DNA from: Candidatus Latescibacterota bacterium | Lineage (GTDB): Bacteria; Latescibacterota; UBA2968; UBA8231 | Assembly (NCBI GenBank): GCA_029941315.1 | Contig: JAPYQE010000004.1 | Coordinates: 143-52,609, forward strand | Reading direction: 5' to 3' | DNA length: 52,467 bases | In this document: one piece after another, positions 9,352-19,176 of the stretch | Layout: the number at the start of each line of letters is the position of its first letter | Position numbering within the stretch: the stretch's first letter is position 1 | Notes under the pieces: model-generated | Database searches by the model: none | What the model was told of the DNA's origin: nothing | Seen by the model: the letters and a program-made list of their open reading frames with translations, nothing else | Made by a program: the position numbers and the translations under genes

Positions 9352-10388
9352 GTGGGCCAAAACGGATCGCGCATCCGGACCTGGTACAGTTTTTCAAAGA
9401 CGCGCTCGGCGCACTCGGCGTACCGCCGCATGTGGCCGAAGTTGAAGCGCAGATTGGCGCTGAGGTCGATCTGTGTGGGGTGCATACGCATGGCGCGAGA
9501 TTATTGCCGACGATGATCGAGCATATTCGCACGGGGCGTACCAATGGTGCGCCGGAGTTGAAGGTGGTCGTGGATTATCCGGCCTCGGCGTTATACGAGA
9601 CGGATCGCGGGATTGGCCGTTATGTCTCGGCGGTGTGCATGGACAAGGCGGTGGGCAAGGCGCGCGAATACGGGATCGGTTCGGTGGCGGTGCGCGGCGT
9701 GGCGCATTGGGGCCGGGCGTATAGCTATGCGCTAAGAGCGGCCGAACAGGGCATGGTCGGGCTGTGTTTCACCAATGCCATCGTCAACTTCGCCGCTTGG
9801 GGCACTAGTGCCCCTTCGTTGGGCAACAATCCGATCGCCATCGGCGTGCCGGGCACGGAGCCTGTGGTATTGGACTTGGCGATGACACAGTCGTCGGTGA
9901 GTCGGGTGCGCATGGCAGCGGCGGCTGGTGAGCGGGTGCCATTGGGGTGGGGATTAGACGCTGCGGGCGAACCGACCGAAGATCCGCAGGCGATTATCGA
10001 CTCGGGCCGTTTTCTGCCGATGGGCGGGCACAAGGGGTCGGGGCTGGCGTTTATGGTCGAATTGTTGACGGCGGGTCTGGCAAATGGCCTATTGTGTTTT
10101 GAGCAGGGGACCTTGAAAAATCCGACCGACACGGAGGGCGGTTCGACCAAGCTTTTTATCGCAATCAAACCTTTTGGCGATTGGTTGCCCGAGCGACTGG
10201 CCGAGTTGACTGCGCATCTGAAAGCTGCCCCCGCCGCCCCTGAACAAGGCGAGGCGCAGTGGCCGGGCGAGGGCAGTTTCCGTCGCCGCAGCAAATATTT
10301 GCAAGAAGGCATTTTATTGCCGGGGCAATTGGTAGATGAGCTGCAGCAATTGGCGGCGGAACTAACCATCGAATTGCGGTGGGCTTAA
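9348..10388 (+). CDS. Ldh_2 family (type 2 malate/L-lactate dehydrogenase-like) oxidoreductase
   Basis: GVHTHG, HWGR, GNNPIA, DLA, GWGLD..G.PT.DP, GGHKGSGL; ATGA overlap. Confidence 0.9.
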   Translation: MSGPKRIAHPDLVQFFKDALGALGVPPHVAEVEAQIGAEVDLCGVHTHGARLLPTMIEHIRTGRTNGAPELKVVVDYPASALYETDRGIGRYVSAVCMDKAVGKAREYGIGSVAVRGVAHWGRAYSYALRAAEQGMVGLCFTNAIVNFAAWGTSAPSLGNNPIAIGVPGTEPVVLDLAMTQSSVSRVRMAAAAGERVPLGWGLDAAGEPTEDPQAIIDSGRFLPMGGHKGSGLAFMVELLTAGLANGLLCFEQGTLKNPTDTEGGSTKLFIAIKPFGDWLPERLAELTAHLKAAPAAPEQGEAQWPGEGSFRRRSKYLQEGILLPGQLVDELQQLAAELTIELRWA

Positions 10389-10389
10389 G

Positions 10390-11358
10390 GTGAAAGCACC
10401 GGCATATGCATGGCCCGACCGCGTAGAATACTGCGTTTGGCCAGATGCGGTGGAGGCGCTGGTCGCCGACCTAGAGGGAACACCGGGTTTGCGCGTCGAT
10501 GAGTTCCCGCAATACAATGGACGTTCGGTATACGCGCTGACTTTTGGTCGGGGTGAAAAGCGACTCTTCATCTCCCGCCCGCACGCGCACGAACCCGCCG
10601 GTGCCGCCGCCTGTATGGAACTGGCTAAGGCATTGGCGGGTTGGCGCGATTATGGTGTGCGCAACGCGGCTTGGCGAGCATGGGTTTTAGCGCATTTCTC
10701 AATCACCCTAGTACCGGACGCCAATCCCGGCGGCAGTGCGCGCGCGCCGGTTGAATTTTGGGATGGTACGGAGATTGCGAATGAGCAGTTTTTCCTGTGG
10801 ATGTTCGGGGAATCGGGGGAGCAGAAGGGTGCGCGTTTCCCGCGGGTGGACGCTTGGGATATGCGCGAGGTCGTGGCCCCCGCGCTAATCGGAATCGCCT
10901 ACGAGCAATTAGAAGAGTTTCTCTATGTCGAGCCAAACCGCGATTATCGCTCAACGTTTTTCCGCTCCTTCTTCACACTGGATGAGGCGGCCACCTACGA
11001 TGTCTGGCTAGATCTGCACCAGACCGAGTTTCTAAGCTCCGACCGTAACACCGCACTTTTCCTACCGACTTGTCAGGAAGAACTGTCGCTGGGGATGCAG
11101 ACTGAGCATCTTTCGTTGGCTGAGGAGATTATGGCCTGCTGGCGGCAGGCCGGCGCCCGGCCGCGCGAGCGGGCCGAGATTCCCTATCGCAACAATGACG
11201 TGCAGCGCAATTTGCTGAATGCTGTATGGCGACCGATTTGCGAGCGGATGGTCCACATCGTCACCGAGGTGCAAAACAACAATCCGGCGACTCCGGTGGA
11301 GGATCAGGTGCGGTTACAGATTATGGCGGTGCTCGCAACGCTGGAGTGGATGGCTTGA
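10390..11358 (+). CDS. M14-like zinc carboxypeptidase/deacylase
   Basis: HAHE (HxxE), NPGG, NR, DLH, TE motifs. Confidence 0.75.
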   Translation: MKAPAYAWPDRVEYCVWPDAVEALVADLEGTPGLRVDEFPQYNGRSVYALTFGRGEKRLFISRPHAHEPAGAAACMELAKALAGWRDYGVRNAAWRAWVLAHFSITLVPDANPGGSARAPVEFWDGTEIANEQFFLWMFGESGEQKGARFPRVDAWDMREVVAPALIGIAYEQLEEFLYVEPNRDYRSTFFRSFFTLDEAATYDVWLDLHQTEFLSSDRNTALFLPTCQEELSLGMQTEHLSLAEEIMACWRQAGARPRERAEIPYRNNDVQRNLLNAVWRPICERMVHIVTEVQNNNPATPVEDQVRLQIMAVLATLEWMA

Positions 11359-11361
11359 ATC

Positions 11362-12330
11362 CTATGCGCAGACAGCCGCGTCGGCGCTCCAGCGGTTGAA
11401 GACGACCTGTTCTTCCAAGGCCAGCCGGTCGCGGGTGTCGCGCCAGAGTTGCTCCCATGCGACGGGGTCGCTTAATACGTTTTGGGGTTGTGCCTTGCTG
11501 CGGGCGATAAAGCCTGGGAAGATATCGCGGCCGGTGGTTTGGCCGATGGGGTTGTAGCGCAGGTCGAAGCTCCAGCGCACGTCGTCGCTATGGTTCGAAA
11601 GCGAACCGTGGATGGTATGGCGGGTTAGGAAGAGCACGTCGCCTGGTTGCATCGGCAACGGCATCGCCGAGTCCATATCCATCACCTGTTCGGGGACGCG
11701 CAGGCCGCGGTGGCCCGGGCAGTGGGTGTACGTTCCTTGGCGGTGGCTATTGGGCATGATCTGCAGACAGCCGTTTTCGATTGTTGCTTCGTTGAGCGGG
11801 AACCACACTGTCAGCACATTAGACGCGTCGGCTTCGGGAAGGACCACGCCGCTGTCTTGGTGCCAACTGGTGGCAGTGACCAGGGCTTGGCTGTTGTGGT
11901 CTTTGGGCACCAGGTGTTCGGGCGGCTTGATGCGCACGTGCTGCACGGGGTTGGACCAGATCTCAGGGCCGACGATAGATTCAGCCGCGTCGAGCAGGGC
12001 CGGGTTGCTCAGGCAGCGGAAGACGGCCGGTCCGGCCCAGAAGGGCGTGTCGGCCTCGATGCCGTTTTGCGGCAGCGAGAAATCGAAATACTGCGCGTGC
12101 ACTTCGCCGCTGTCGACGACGATTTGCGTCAGGCGTTTGCCGAAGGGTAGGTCGTTGTAGGTGGATTCGATGTGCCCGGCTGCATGGAGCTCATGTGCGA
12201 GCTTGTCGAGAACGCCGTGGTATTCGTCGATGATGGGCTGGATGACCTCTTCGACGTCGAGCATGCCCCGGACCAATAAATACCCTTCTTCTTTGAAGTG
12301 GGCGAGTTGTTCGCGGCTTAAGAATGGCAT
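11362..12330 (-). CDS. PhyH family Fe(II)/2OG oxygenase
   Basis: WHQD, ENGCL, GDVLF, HGS..N.S..VRWSFDLRY. Confidence 0.9.
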   Translation of the reverse strand: MPFLSREQLAHFKEEGYLLVRGMLDVEEVIQPIIDEYHGVLDKLAHELHAAGHIESTYNDLPFGKRLTQIVVDSGEVHAQYFDFSLPQNGIEADTPFWAGPAVFRCLSNPALLDAAESIVGPEIWSNPVQHVRIKPPEHLVPKDHNSQALVTATSWHQDSGVVLPEADASNVLTVWFPLNEATIENGCLQIMPNSHRQGTYTHCPGHRGLRVPEQVMDMDSAMPLPMQPGDVLFLTRHTIHGSLSNHSDDVRWSFDLRYNPIGQTTGRDIFPGFIARSKAQPQNVLSDPVAWEQLWRDTRDRLALEEQVVFNRWSADAAVCA

Positions 12331-12591
12331 ATTATTTTCCTTATTAAATAACTAAAGCTGAGTGCGGGCGGTCCGGTTTTGAGGTGCGAGATCCGGGCGT
12401 TTTTAGACCCCCAGACCATCGCCCCTCAGGTCGCCTTCGCGACCACTGCCCCACCTTGTTCGACCAGGCCCTTTTTCCACCACCCCGCTCCCCCCAACGC
12501 CCTGTGTCGCACTCCGAAACTGGACCTGGGTAACTTGAGTGGTTTCTGCTATTATAAATAAACAGATTGAAAATCCACTTTAATAAAAGGA

Positions 12592-13518
12592 ATGTCAATT
12601 ATGGATTTTCCTCAGTTGGATCCGGCGTTGATGCTGGAGCGGTTGGCGCCACCTACGGGCAAGGTGCGTATGGTGCTCGACACCGATACGTATAATGAGA
12701 TTGATGATCAGTTTGCTGTCGTGCAAGCGCTGATTTCGCCCGATAGGCTTGCGGTGGAGGCGATTTATGCTGCGCCTTTTGACAATAATCGATCCTCGGG
12801 GCCAGGCGACGGGATGGAGAAGAGCTACCAGGAGATCTTGCGGCTGTTGGATCGTTTGGATGTTTCGCCGGATGGTTTTGTCTTTCGCGGTTCGACGGAT
12901 ATCCTGCGGGGGGAAGAGCCGCTAGAGAGTGAGGCGGTTGACGATATGATCGCCAAGTCGAAAGAGGGCGACAGCCCACTCTATGTGGTCGCGATCGGCG
13001 CGATTAGCAATGTGGCCTCGGCGCTGTTGAAAGATCCGTCGATCGTCGAGCGGATCGTCGTGGTTTGGCTCGGCGGTCATGCGCATTCTTGGCCGACGGC
13101 ACACGAGTTTAATTTGCAGGGTGATCTCAAGGCGGCGCAGGTGGTTTTCGACAGCGGTGTGCCCTTTGTGCAGATCCCCTGTTTCCCGGTGGCCTCACAT
13201 CTGCTGACGACGCTGGCGGAGTTGGAGCGTTTTGTGCAGGGGAGGGGGGCCATTGGCGATTATTTGGTCGAGATTTTCACGGCCTATTCCAAGGACCACT
13301 TCGCTTATTCCAAGGTCATTTGGGACATCTCGGCAACCGCCTGGCTACTCGACGCGTCATGGGTGCCGAGCGATGTGGTGCATAGCCCGATATTGACGGA
13401 TCAGTACACCTGGAGTCACAAGCCTTCGCGGCATTTTATGCGGGTAGCGCGCACTGTGCGGCGCGATGTGATCTTTCGCGATTTGTTCGAGAAATTGGCG
13501 AAGCGGGCGGGATCATGA
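12592..13518 (+). CDS. Nucleoside hydrolase (IU-NH family)
   Basis: DTDTYNEIDD Ca-binding motif, IGA.SNVA, WLGG, EFN, WD; alternative start at 12601. Confidence 0.88.
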   Translation: MSIMDFPQLDPALMLERLAPPTGKVRMVLDTDTYNEIDDQFAVVQALISPDRLAVEAIYAAPFDNNRSSGPGDGMEKSYQEILRLLDRLDVSPDGFVFRGSTDILRGEEPLESEAVDDMIAKSKEGDSPLYVVAIGAISNVASALLKDPSIVERIVVVWLGGHAHSWPTAHEFNLQGDLKAAQVVFDSGVPFVQIPCFPVASHLLTTLAELERFVQGRGAIGDYLVEIFTAYSKDHFAYSKVIWDISATAWLLDASWVPSDVVHSPILTDQYTWSHKPSRHFMRVARTVRRDVIFRDLFEKLAKRAGS

Positions 13519-13564
13519 AGAATGGGACGTTGCGCCGGTTGTAGTCGCTTATTAGCCTATAAAT

Positions 13565-16309
13565 ATGGCGACTCTTATTCTCAGTGAAAAACCCAGCGTC
13601 GCGCGCGATATCGCCCGCATCCTAGGTGCGCAAAAACGCGGCCAGGGCTATCTCGAAGGCAATGGCTATATCGTCACCTGGGCCTTGGGCCATCTGGTGC
13701 AATTCGCCGAACCGGACGAGTACGGTCCGCCCTGGAAAGGGCGGTGGTCCTTCGGGCAATTGCCGATGATTCCCGAGAAGTGGAAGCTCAAGACCTCGGG
13801 CTCGACGGCCGATCAATTCCAGATCGTTAAAAGGTTGCTCAACGACGCCGAGACCAAGGAAGTGGTCTGCGCAACGGACGCCGGTCGCGAGGGCGAGAAT
13901 ATTTTCCGGCTGATCTACCAGCACGCCCGCTGCAAAAAGCCCTTCAAGCGATTGTGGATTTCTAGTTTGACCGACGAGGCGATCCAGGGCGGTTTTGCCG
14001 CCTTGCAAGAGGGGGCTGCTTTTGACGCACTGGCCGACGCCGCCCGGGCCAGGGGCCAGGCCGATTGGCTGATGGGCATGAACCTGACCCGCGCTTACAC
14101 CGTGCACAACAATGTGCTGTGCACGATAGGCCGGGTGCAGACGCCGACCTTGGCGATGATCGTCAAACGCGACGCGGTGATCGCCGATTTCAAGAAGGTC
14201 TATTTTTACGAGTTGGTCGCCGGGTTTGAGGAGGGCTTCGCGGCCAAATATACCAAGGACGGCCAGACCCGGATCGAGAAGAAGGAAGAGGCGGAACGGT
14301 TGCACCGCCAGCTCAGCCCGAATAAGATGGGCAAGGTGCTCAAGGTCGAGAAGAAGATCAAAAAGCACCGGCCTCCCGCGCTCTACGACCTCAACAACCT
14401 GCAGCGCGACGCCAACCGTCGTTTCGGTTTTACCGCGGCGCAGGTTCTCGAATACGCGCAGGCTCTCTACGAGACGCACAAGCTCATTACCTATCCGCGC
14501 ACCGAGAGCCGTCATATCTCCGAGGATATGGTGCCCGAGTTGCCGGGTATCCTGCAAAAGCTCGAACATCCGCAGGCCCCAGCCGCGCTGGCGCGCTTGC
14601 GAGGAGGCCACAAGCTCGGTAAGGCTTATGTCGACCGCACAAAACTCACCGATCACCATGCGATAATCCCCACAGGACAACGAGCTGCGCCCAATTTGTC
14701 ACCGGCCTTGAAAAAAGTCTACGATTTGGTGGTGGCGCGCTTCGTCGGTGTGTTTCTGCCCGACCAGGTCGTCGAGGAGACGACGGTGACCGTCGATATC
14801 GGCGGCGCGATTTTCGTCGCCAAAGGGTCGGTGGTGTTGGAGGAAGGGTGGAAGGTTGTCGAATCACGGCGCGGGGGCGAGGAGAAAAGCAAGGGGAGTG
14901 ATAAGGAGGGGGAGGACGAGGATCAGCGCCAGGCGATTCCGTCTTTAGAGCAGGGCCAGGAAGTCCATATCAAAAACATGGACGTGGTCGAAAAAGAAAC
15001 GAAGCCGCCCCGGCCCTATACCGACGCCACGCTTTTGGCGGCAATGAAAAATGCCGGTCGTGAAATCGAGGACGACGAGTTGGCCGAGGCGATGAAGGAA
15101 TCGGGCTTGGGTACTCCGGCGACTAGAGCCGAAACGATAGAAAAATTGATCCGCACCGGCTATGTACTGCGCGAGAAGAAGTCGCTCAACGCGACCGAAA
15201 AGGCCAAAGCGCTCATCGGTTTGGTGGCCGAGCCGATGCGCAGCCCAGAATTGACGGCCGAGTGGGAACAGCAGCTCAAAGAGGTCGAGGATGGCCAGCG
15301 CCCGGTTGCCGAATTCTACGAAGGTATCGCCGATTTTGTGCGCGACCTGGTGCCCAAGATCCAACAGGGTCCAGCGTTGTCGCCCGAGCAGGCGGCGCAG
15401 GCACGGGCGGAACAGGGTGGCGGCAGGGGCAAAAGCGGTAAGAAAGGTCCGGGTAAAGAGATTGGTTCATGTCCTAAATGCAAGGAGGGTAAGGTCGCAG
15501 AAAACGCCAAGGCCTATGGTTGCAGCCGCTATCGCGAAGGTTGCGATTTTACGATCTGGAAGACGGTGGCCAAAAAGAAGCTGTCGGAGAAGCAGGCGCA
15601 GTTGCTAATGGCCAATGGCCGCACGGAGCAGATGAAGGGTTTTACTTCCAAAGCAGGTAAGAAGTTCGAGGCGCGGCTCAAGTTTGACGACAATTTCAAA
15701 GTGGTTTTTGAATTTGACGACGGCCCGAGGAACGGGGCTGCGGGGGGGCAAGCTAAGGGGCGGTCCGGTGCCGCGCCGGGCATGCCGCGGCGTGAAGGAC
15801 GAGCATCGGTGAGAGATCAAGGGCCGCCGCCGTATCCAGAGGACCAAGAGCCACCACCATTAGGGGCGCCGTATCCCGAAGAGCAGGGACCGCCACCTGC
15901 ACATGGCGATAATTCCGCGGCACCTGCGTCGAATGCATTTGCCCGCGACGCTTCGCCGTCTTCTGCGCACTCGCCTTCGCCGCCTGTGGAGGCACTCTCT
16001 CAACAGCAGCCGTCGCCCCGCAAAGCGGCGATAAGAACGTCCGGAGACCTCTCATGTCCCAAGTGCAATCAGGGCCAGATCATCGAGGGCAAGCGCGGAT
16101 TCGGCTGCAACCGCTATCGCGAGGGTTGCGACTTTGTCGTGTGGAAGGAAATCGCGAGCAAGAAGCTGACTGAAAAACAAATTCAGACCTTGATCGCCAA
16201 GGGTAAGACGGGATTGATCAAAGGCTTTAAAAGCCGCAAAGGCAGTAAGTTTGATGCGCGTCTGAAGTTGGATGAGGGGTGGAAAGCGGTGTTCGACTTT
16301 GCCGATTAG
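13565..16309 (+). CDS. topB: DNA topoisomerase III (type IA) with two C-terminal Zn-ribbon modules
   Basis: SEKPS, ATDAGREGE (TOPRIM), GRVQTPTL, ITYPRT (catalytic Tyr), GLGTPATRA, two CPKC...GC..Y...C modules. Confidence 0.93.
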   Translation: MATLILSEKPSVARDIARILGAQKRGQGYLEGNGYIVTWALGHLVQFAEPDEYGPPWKGRWSFGQLPMIPEKWKLKTSGSTADQFQIVKRLLNDAETKEVVCATDAGREGENIFRLIYQHARCKKPFKRLWISSLTDEAIQGGFAALQEGAAFDALADAARARGQADWLMGMNLTRAYTVHNNVLCTIGRVQTPTLAMIVKRDAVIADFKKVYFYELVAGFEEGFAAKYTKDGQTRIEKKEEAERLHRQLSPNKMGKVLKVEKKIKKHRPPALYDLNNLQRDANRRFGFTAAQVLEYAQALYETHKLITYPRTESRHISEDMVPELPGILQKLEHPQAPAALARLRGGHKLGKAYVDRTKLTDHHAIIPTGQRAAPNLSPALKKVYDLVVARFVGVFLPDQVVEETTVTVDIGGAIFVAKGSVVLEEGWKVVESRRGGEEKSKGSDKEGEDEDQRQAIPSLEQGQEVHIKNMDVVEKETKPPRPYTDATLLAAMKNAGREIEDDELAEAMKESGLGTPATRAETIEKLIRTGYVLREKKSLNATEKAKALIGLVAEPMRSPELTAEWEQQLKEVEDGQRPVAEFYEGIADFVRDLVPKIQQGPALSPEQAAQARAEQGGGRGKSGKKGPGKEIGSCPKCKEGKVAENAKAYGCSRYREGCDFTIWKTVAKKKLSEKQAQLLMANGRTEQMKGFTSKAGKKFEARLKFDDNFKVVFEFDDGPRNGAAGGQAKGRSGAAPGMPRREGRASVRDQGPPPYPEDQEPPPLGAPYPEEQGPPPAHGDNSAAPASNAFARDASPSSAHSPSPPVEALSQQQPSPRKAAIRTSGDLSCPKCNQGQIIEGKRGFGCNRYREGCDFVVWKEIASKKLTEKQIQTLIAKGKTGLIKGFKSRKGSKFDARLKLDEGWKAVFDFAD

Positions 16310-16377
16310 GCGGGCGCTATGAGCTTTCTTATTTTGCGATTAATAGACCGAGTTGGCGATTTCCGCGCACCAGTTCA

Positions 16378-16897
16378 ATGAGCATTCGGGCCTTCGTATT
16401 CGATCTCTATGGCACGTTGATCGAAGATCTGGGGCGCGACGGCTATGATGCGCTGTTGCGGCAGATGGCGGCGGTGCTTTTGCTGTCTGCAGATGGTTTC
16501 TCTGCTGGGTGGCGCAGGTGGGAAACCGACGGACGACGGGTGGTTTTGCCACGCTGGAAGAATGTCTGACGCATATCTGCAATGTGTTGGGCACGCAAGT
16601 CGACGCGGAGCGTATCGAAGCGGCGGTGGAGTTGCGCGTCAGTTGTATTTGTGCGAATCTACGCCCCCGCGATGATGCGGTCGAGACACTGACACGGCTG
16701 AAAGTTTGGGTCTGAAAACCGCGCTGATCAGCGATTGCGGCCTCGAAGTGCCGATGTTATGGAGCGAAATGCCCTTCGCCCCGCTCGTCGATATGGTGCT
16801 ATTCTCCTCGCGGGAAGGGCATTGCAAACCGAAAGCGGCGAGTTGGCAGGGGCCGCGGGTCGCGGCGCTCAGCGATTTGATGGATTTAGTGGACTAG
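16378..16897 (+). pseudogene. HAD family hydrolase pseudogene
   Basis: Motif I FDLYGTL, then two frameshifts (~16525, ~16708), LISD and ...KP; the motif IV segment is missing. Confidence 0.8.
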
Positions 16898-16933
16898 AAC
16901 TTTTCGGGCACATCCTCAAAAAAAGAAAAGACC

Positions 16934-18400
16934 ATGACCGATCGACCGAATATCCTTTGGTATTGCAGCGACCAACAGCGTTTTGATACGATCGCCGCGT
17001 TGGGCAACGCGCACATAAATACGCCGCGTTTAGACGCTTTCGCCCGCAAAGGGGTGGCCTTCACCCATGCCTATTGCCAAAGTCCGATCTGCACTCCGAG
17101 CCGCGCCAGTTTTCTCACCGGCACCTATCCGGGCGCGAACGGGGTTACCGGCAATGGCAATGAATTTTTCCCGCGCGAACAGGAGAGCCGGCTACTGCCG
17201 CACCGCTTGGCGAAAAGTGGCTACGATTGCGGGTTGGTCGGCAAGCTGCACTTGGCCAGCGCGGCGCATGGAGTGGAAAACCGGGTCGACGACGGCTATC
17301 GCTATTTCCAATACAGCCACGACCACAGGGGGGCACGCGTCTACGGGCACGACTATGCCGAGTGGGTGCGGCAGCAGGGTGGTGACGCCGACGAACTTAT
17401 GGTCCCTTATCAGACCAAGAACTATCGCGAGGGCGCCCGGGTCGCAACTTTCGGTGGCTTATACGAGCCGACGGCAAGCGCGGACAATATTCCGCCGGAC
17501 CTGCACCAGACGCGCTGGTGTAGTGAGAAGTCGATCGAATTTATCGACAAAAACCGCCGCGAGGACCAGCCCTGGATGCTCAGCGTCAATGCTTTCGACC
17601 CGCACCCGCCTTTTGACGCGCCGTGGGAGTATTCTCGCCGCTATGATCCGGAGACCCTACCCGGCGCGCATTTTGCCGCCAGCGACATAGAGCAGCAACA
17701 GCGGTTGGCTGCAGGTGGAATCGATTTTCAGTCGGAGGCGAAAGACCCGGCCGAATGGGAGGACAAGAAACTCCAGGCTTCTTATTACGCGATGATCGAG
17801 CAGGTCGACTGCGAGTTCGGGCGCATCCTCGACCATCTGGAGGCGACTGGCGAACGCGAAAACACCATTGTCGTCTTTATGAGCGACCACGGCGAGATGC
17901 TCGGCGACCACGGGCTGGTTTTCAAGGGCTGTCGTTTTTACGAGGGGTTGGCGCGGGTGCCGCTGATCGTCTCCTGGCCGGGGCATTTTTCCGAGGGCGT
18001 GGTGTCGGATGCGTTGGTCGAATTGATGGATCTAGCGCCGACCTTTTATGAAGCGGTCGGCGAAGAAGTGCCCTATTACGTGCAGGGCAAGTCGTTATTG
18101 CCGGTGCTCAAGGGTGAGACACAGGACCACCGCGATTTTGTGCGCAGCGAGTTCTACGGGGCAATCGATTATCCCGACCAGACGCACGCGACGATGTACC
18201 GCGACCGGCGCTGGAAGCTCGTCTCGTATCACGGCAAGGACCTTTACGAACTCTACGACCTACAGAGTGATCCCTGGGAGCATAACAACCTGGCTGACGC
18301 ACCGGATCATCAGGCGGTTAAATGGGAGCTAGTGCGCAAGAGCTTTGACGCCACGGTACAGGCGCGTATGCCGACCGCGCCGAGGGTGATGCCCTTTTGA
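16934..18400 (+). CDS. Formylglycine-dependent sulfatase (S1)
   Basis: RPNIL, DQQR, CTPSRAS.LTG, GKLH, PHPP, SDHG, ELYDL..DP.E..NL; no signal peptide. Confidence 0.93.
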   Translation: MTDRPNILWYCSDQQRFDTIAALGNAHINTPRLDAFARKGVAFTHAYCQSPICTPSRASFLTGTYPGANGVTGNGNEFFPREQESRLLPHRLAKSGYDCGLVGKLHLASAAHGVENRVDDGYRYFQYSHDHRGARVYGHDYAEWVRQQGGDADELMVPYQTKNYREGARVATFGGLYEPTASADNIPPDLHQTRWCSEKSIEFIDKNRREDQPWMLSVNAFDPHPPFDAPWEYSRRYDPETLPGAHFAASDIEQQQRLAAGGIDFQSEAKDPAEWEDKKLQASYYAMIEQVDCEFGRILDHLEATGERENTIVVFMSDHGEMLGDHGLVFKGCRFYEGLARVPLIVSWPGHFSEGVVSDALVELMDLAPTFYEAVGEEVPYYVQGKSLLPVLKGETQDHRDFVRSEFYGAIDYPDQTHATMYRDRRWKLVSYHGKDLYELYDLQSDPWEHNNLADAPDHQAVKWELVRKSFDATVQARMPTAPRVMPF

Positions 18401-18514
18401 ACATTGATCTTATCGATTTAGATCAATGGTGCACGATATCGCCTTAATACACACTACAGATAATGAACGGGTTGATGGGATCCAGGGCGGAGTGGTGGGT
18501 GTTTTCGAGATGAC

Positions 18515-18901
18515 CTACGGAGTCGCGGTTATTATCTGACCGGTAGTTTTACGGAGTCGAATGCCGCTTTGTTCAGTGACATAGATCGCTATGTGGAATT
18601 CGAGCGCTATTTTCTTGCGATGTATCGAGATTATTTGCAACAACTCCACGATGGTGAACACGGTGATTTTGTTTACGACGAGCTCGCCAAGATTGGGTCG
18701 CAGAGTCCGGCGCTTCAAAGTCTGGCCGAGCCAGGTGCGGCGTTGTCGCCGATTGAGTTGCGCTATGAGTCGCAAATGGTTTAGGCTGCGGATAGAGGTC
18801 TCCTGGACCAGGTCCGCCGCCGCATCCGGCTTGCGCACCAGCTTGATCGTCTGGCGCTGGAGTGTTTTTGCAAACTCCTCGTATAAATCGTCGACGGCCC
18901 T
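18515..18901 (-). pseudogene. ECF sigma factor remnant
   Basis: Reading upstream of the called ORF gives AVDDLYEEFAKTLQRQTIKLVRKPDAAADLVQETSIRSL...RRTWL (region 2, AxDLVQE motif); no start codon for this segment; region 4 eroded. Confidence 0.72.
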
Positions 18902-19018
18902 TGTCCTCTGACCCGCTTTTACTGTAAAATGAAGGTCGGGTACGAAGTGTTTGCTTTTTTATAGAAATTAAGCGATTGAGGTGTTGGAAGGTGGATGGAC
19001 GGCAAGAATAAAAAACAC

Positions 19019-19047
19019 TTGCGATGGACAGAGTCGCGGATTAAAAT
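19019..19047 (+). promoter_or_regulatory. Sigma70-type promoter
   Basis: TTGCGA(19019-24), 17-nt spacer, TAAAAT(19042-47), with an A-rich upstream tract. Confidence 0.7.
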
Positions 19048-19053
19048 AAATAA

Positions 19054-19176
19054 ACGCGCGCTGAAGGGAGCCTCCGGCCCGCGGTAAGGGTTTAACCCAC
19101 CTTTAACCCACCAAATTACATAGACCTTCTTTCAGCCTGATCGGGCGGGCACCAGGCGTAGCACGGAGAGGGTAGT
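19054..19176 (+). ncRNA. Candidate structured 5' leader RNA (unnamed)
   Basis: Nested pairings CTCCG/CGGAG (over the SD) and GCCCGC/GCGGGC; hairpins GGGT-TTA-ACCC and GCCT-GATC-GGGC; crossing GCTGAA/TTCAGC pairing. Confidence 0.55.
19091..19112 (+). repeat. Perfect 11-bp tandem duplication TTTAACCCACC x2
   Basis: 19091-19101 is identical to 19102-19112. Confidence 0.9.

Noticed and set aside
6824-12330. PhyH proteins as halogenases of a biosynthetic cluster
   Set aside because: All keep HxD carboxylate ligands, and no NRPS/PKS or carrier proteins are nearby.
12361-12545. C-rich intergenic stretch as possible gene remnant or ncRNA
   Set aside because: No convincing motif in any frame and no strong stem that I could verify.
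13622-14680. Long antisense ORF over topB (likewise 20072-21121, 24422-25609, 38194-39087, 47287-48411, 50605-51840)
   Set aside because: Shadow frames of well-supported genes in GC-rich DNA; no recognisable motifs.
13565-16309. topB as marker of an integrative conjugative element
   Set aside because: No integrase, relaxase, T4SS or att repeats in the window.
18569-18784. 71-aa + strand ORF with protein-like composition
   Set aside because: Antisense to the ECF sigma remnant, which has a recognisable motif; no SD.
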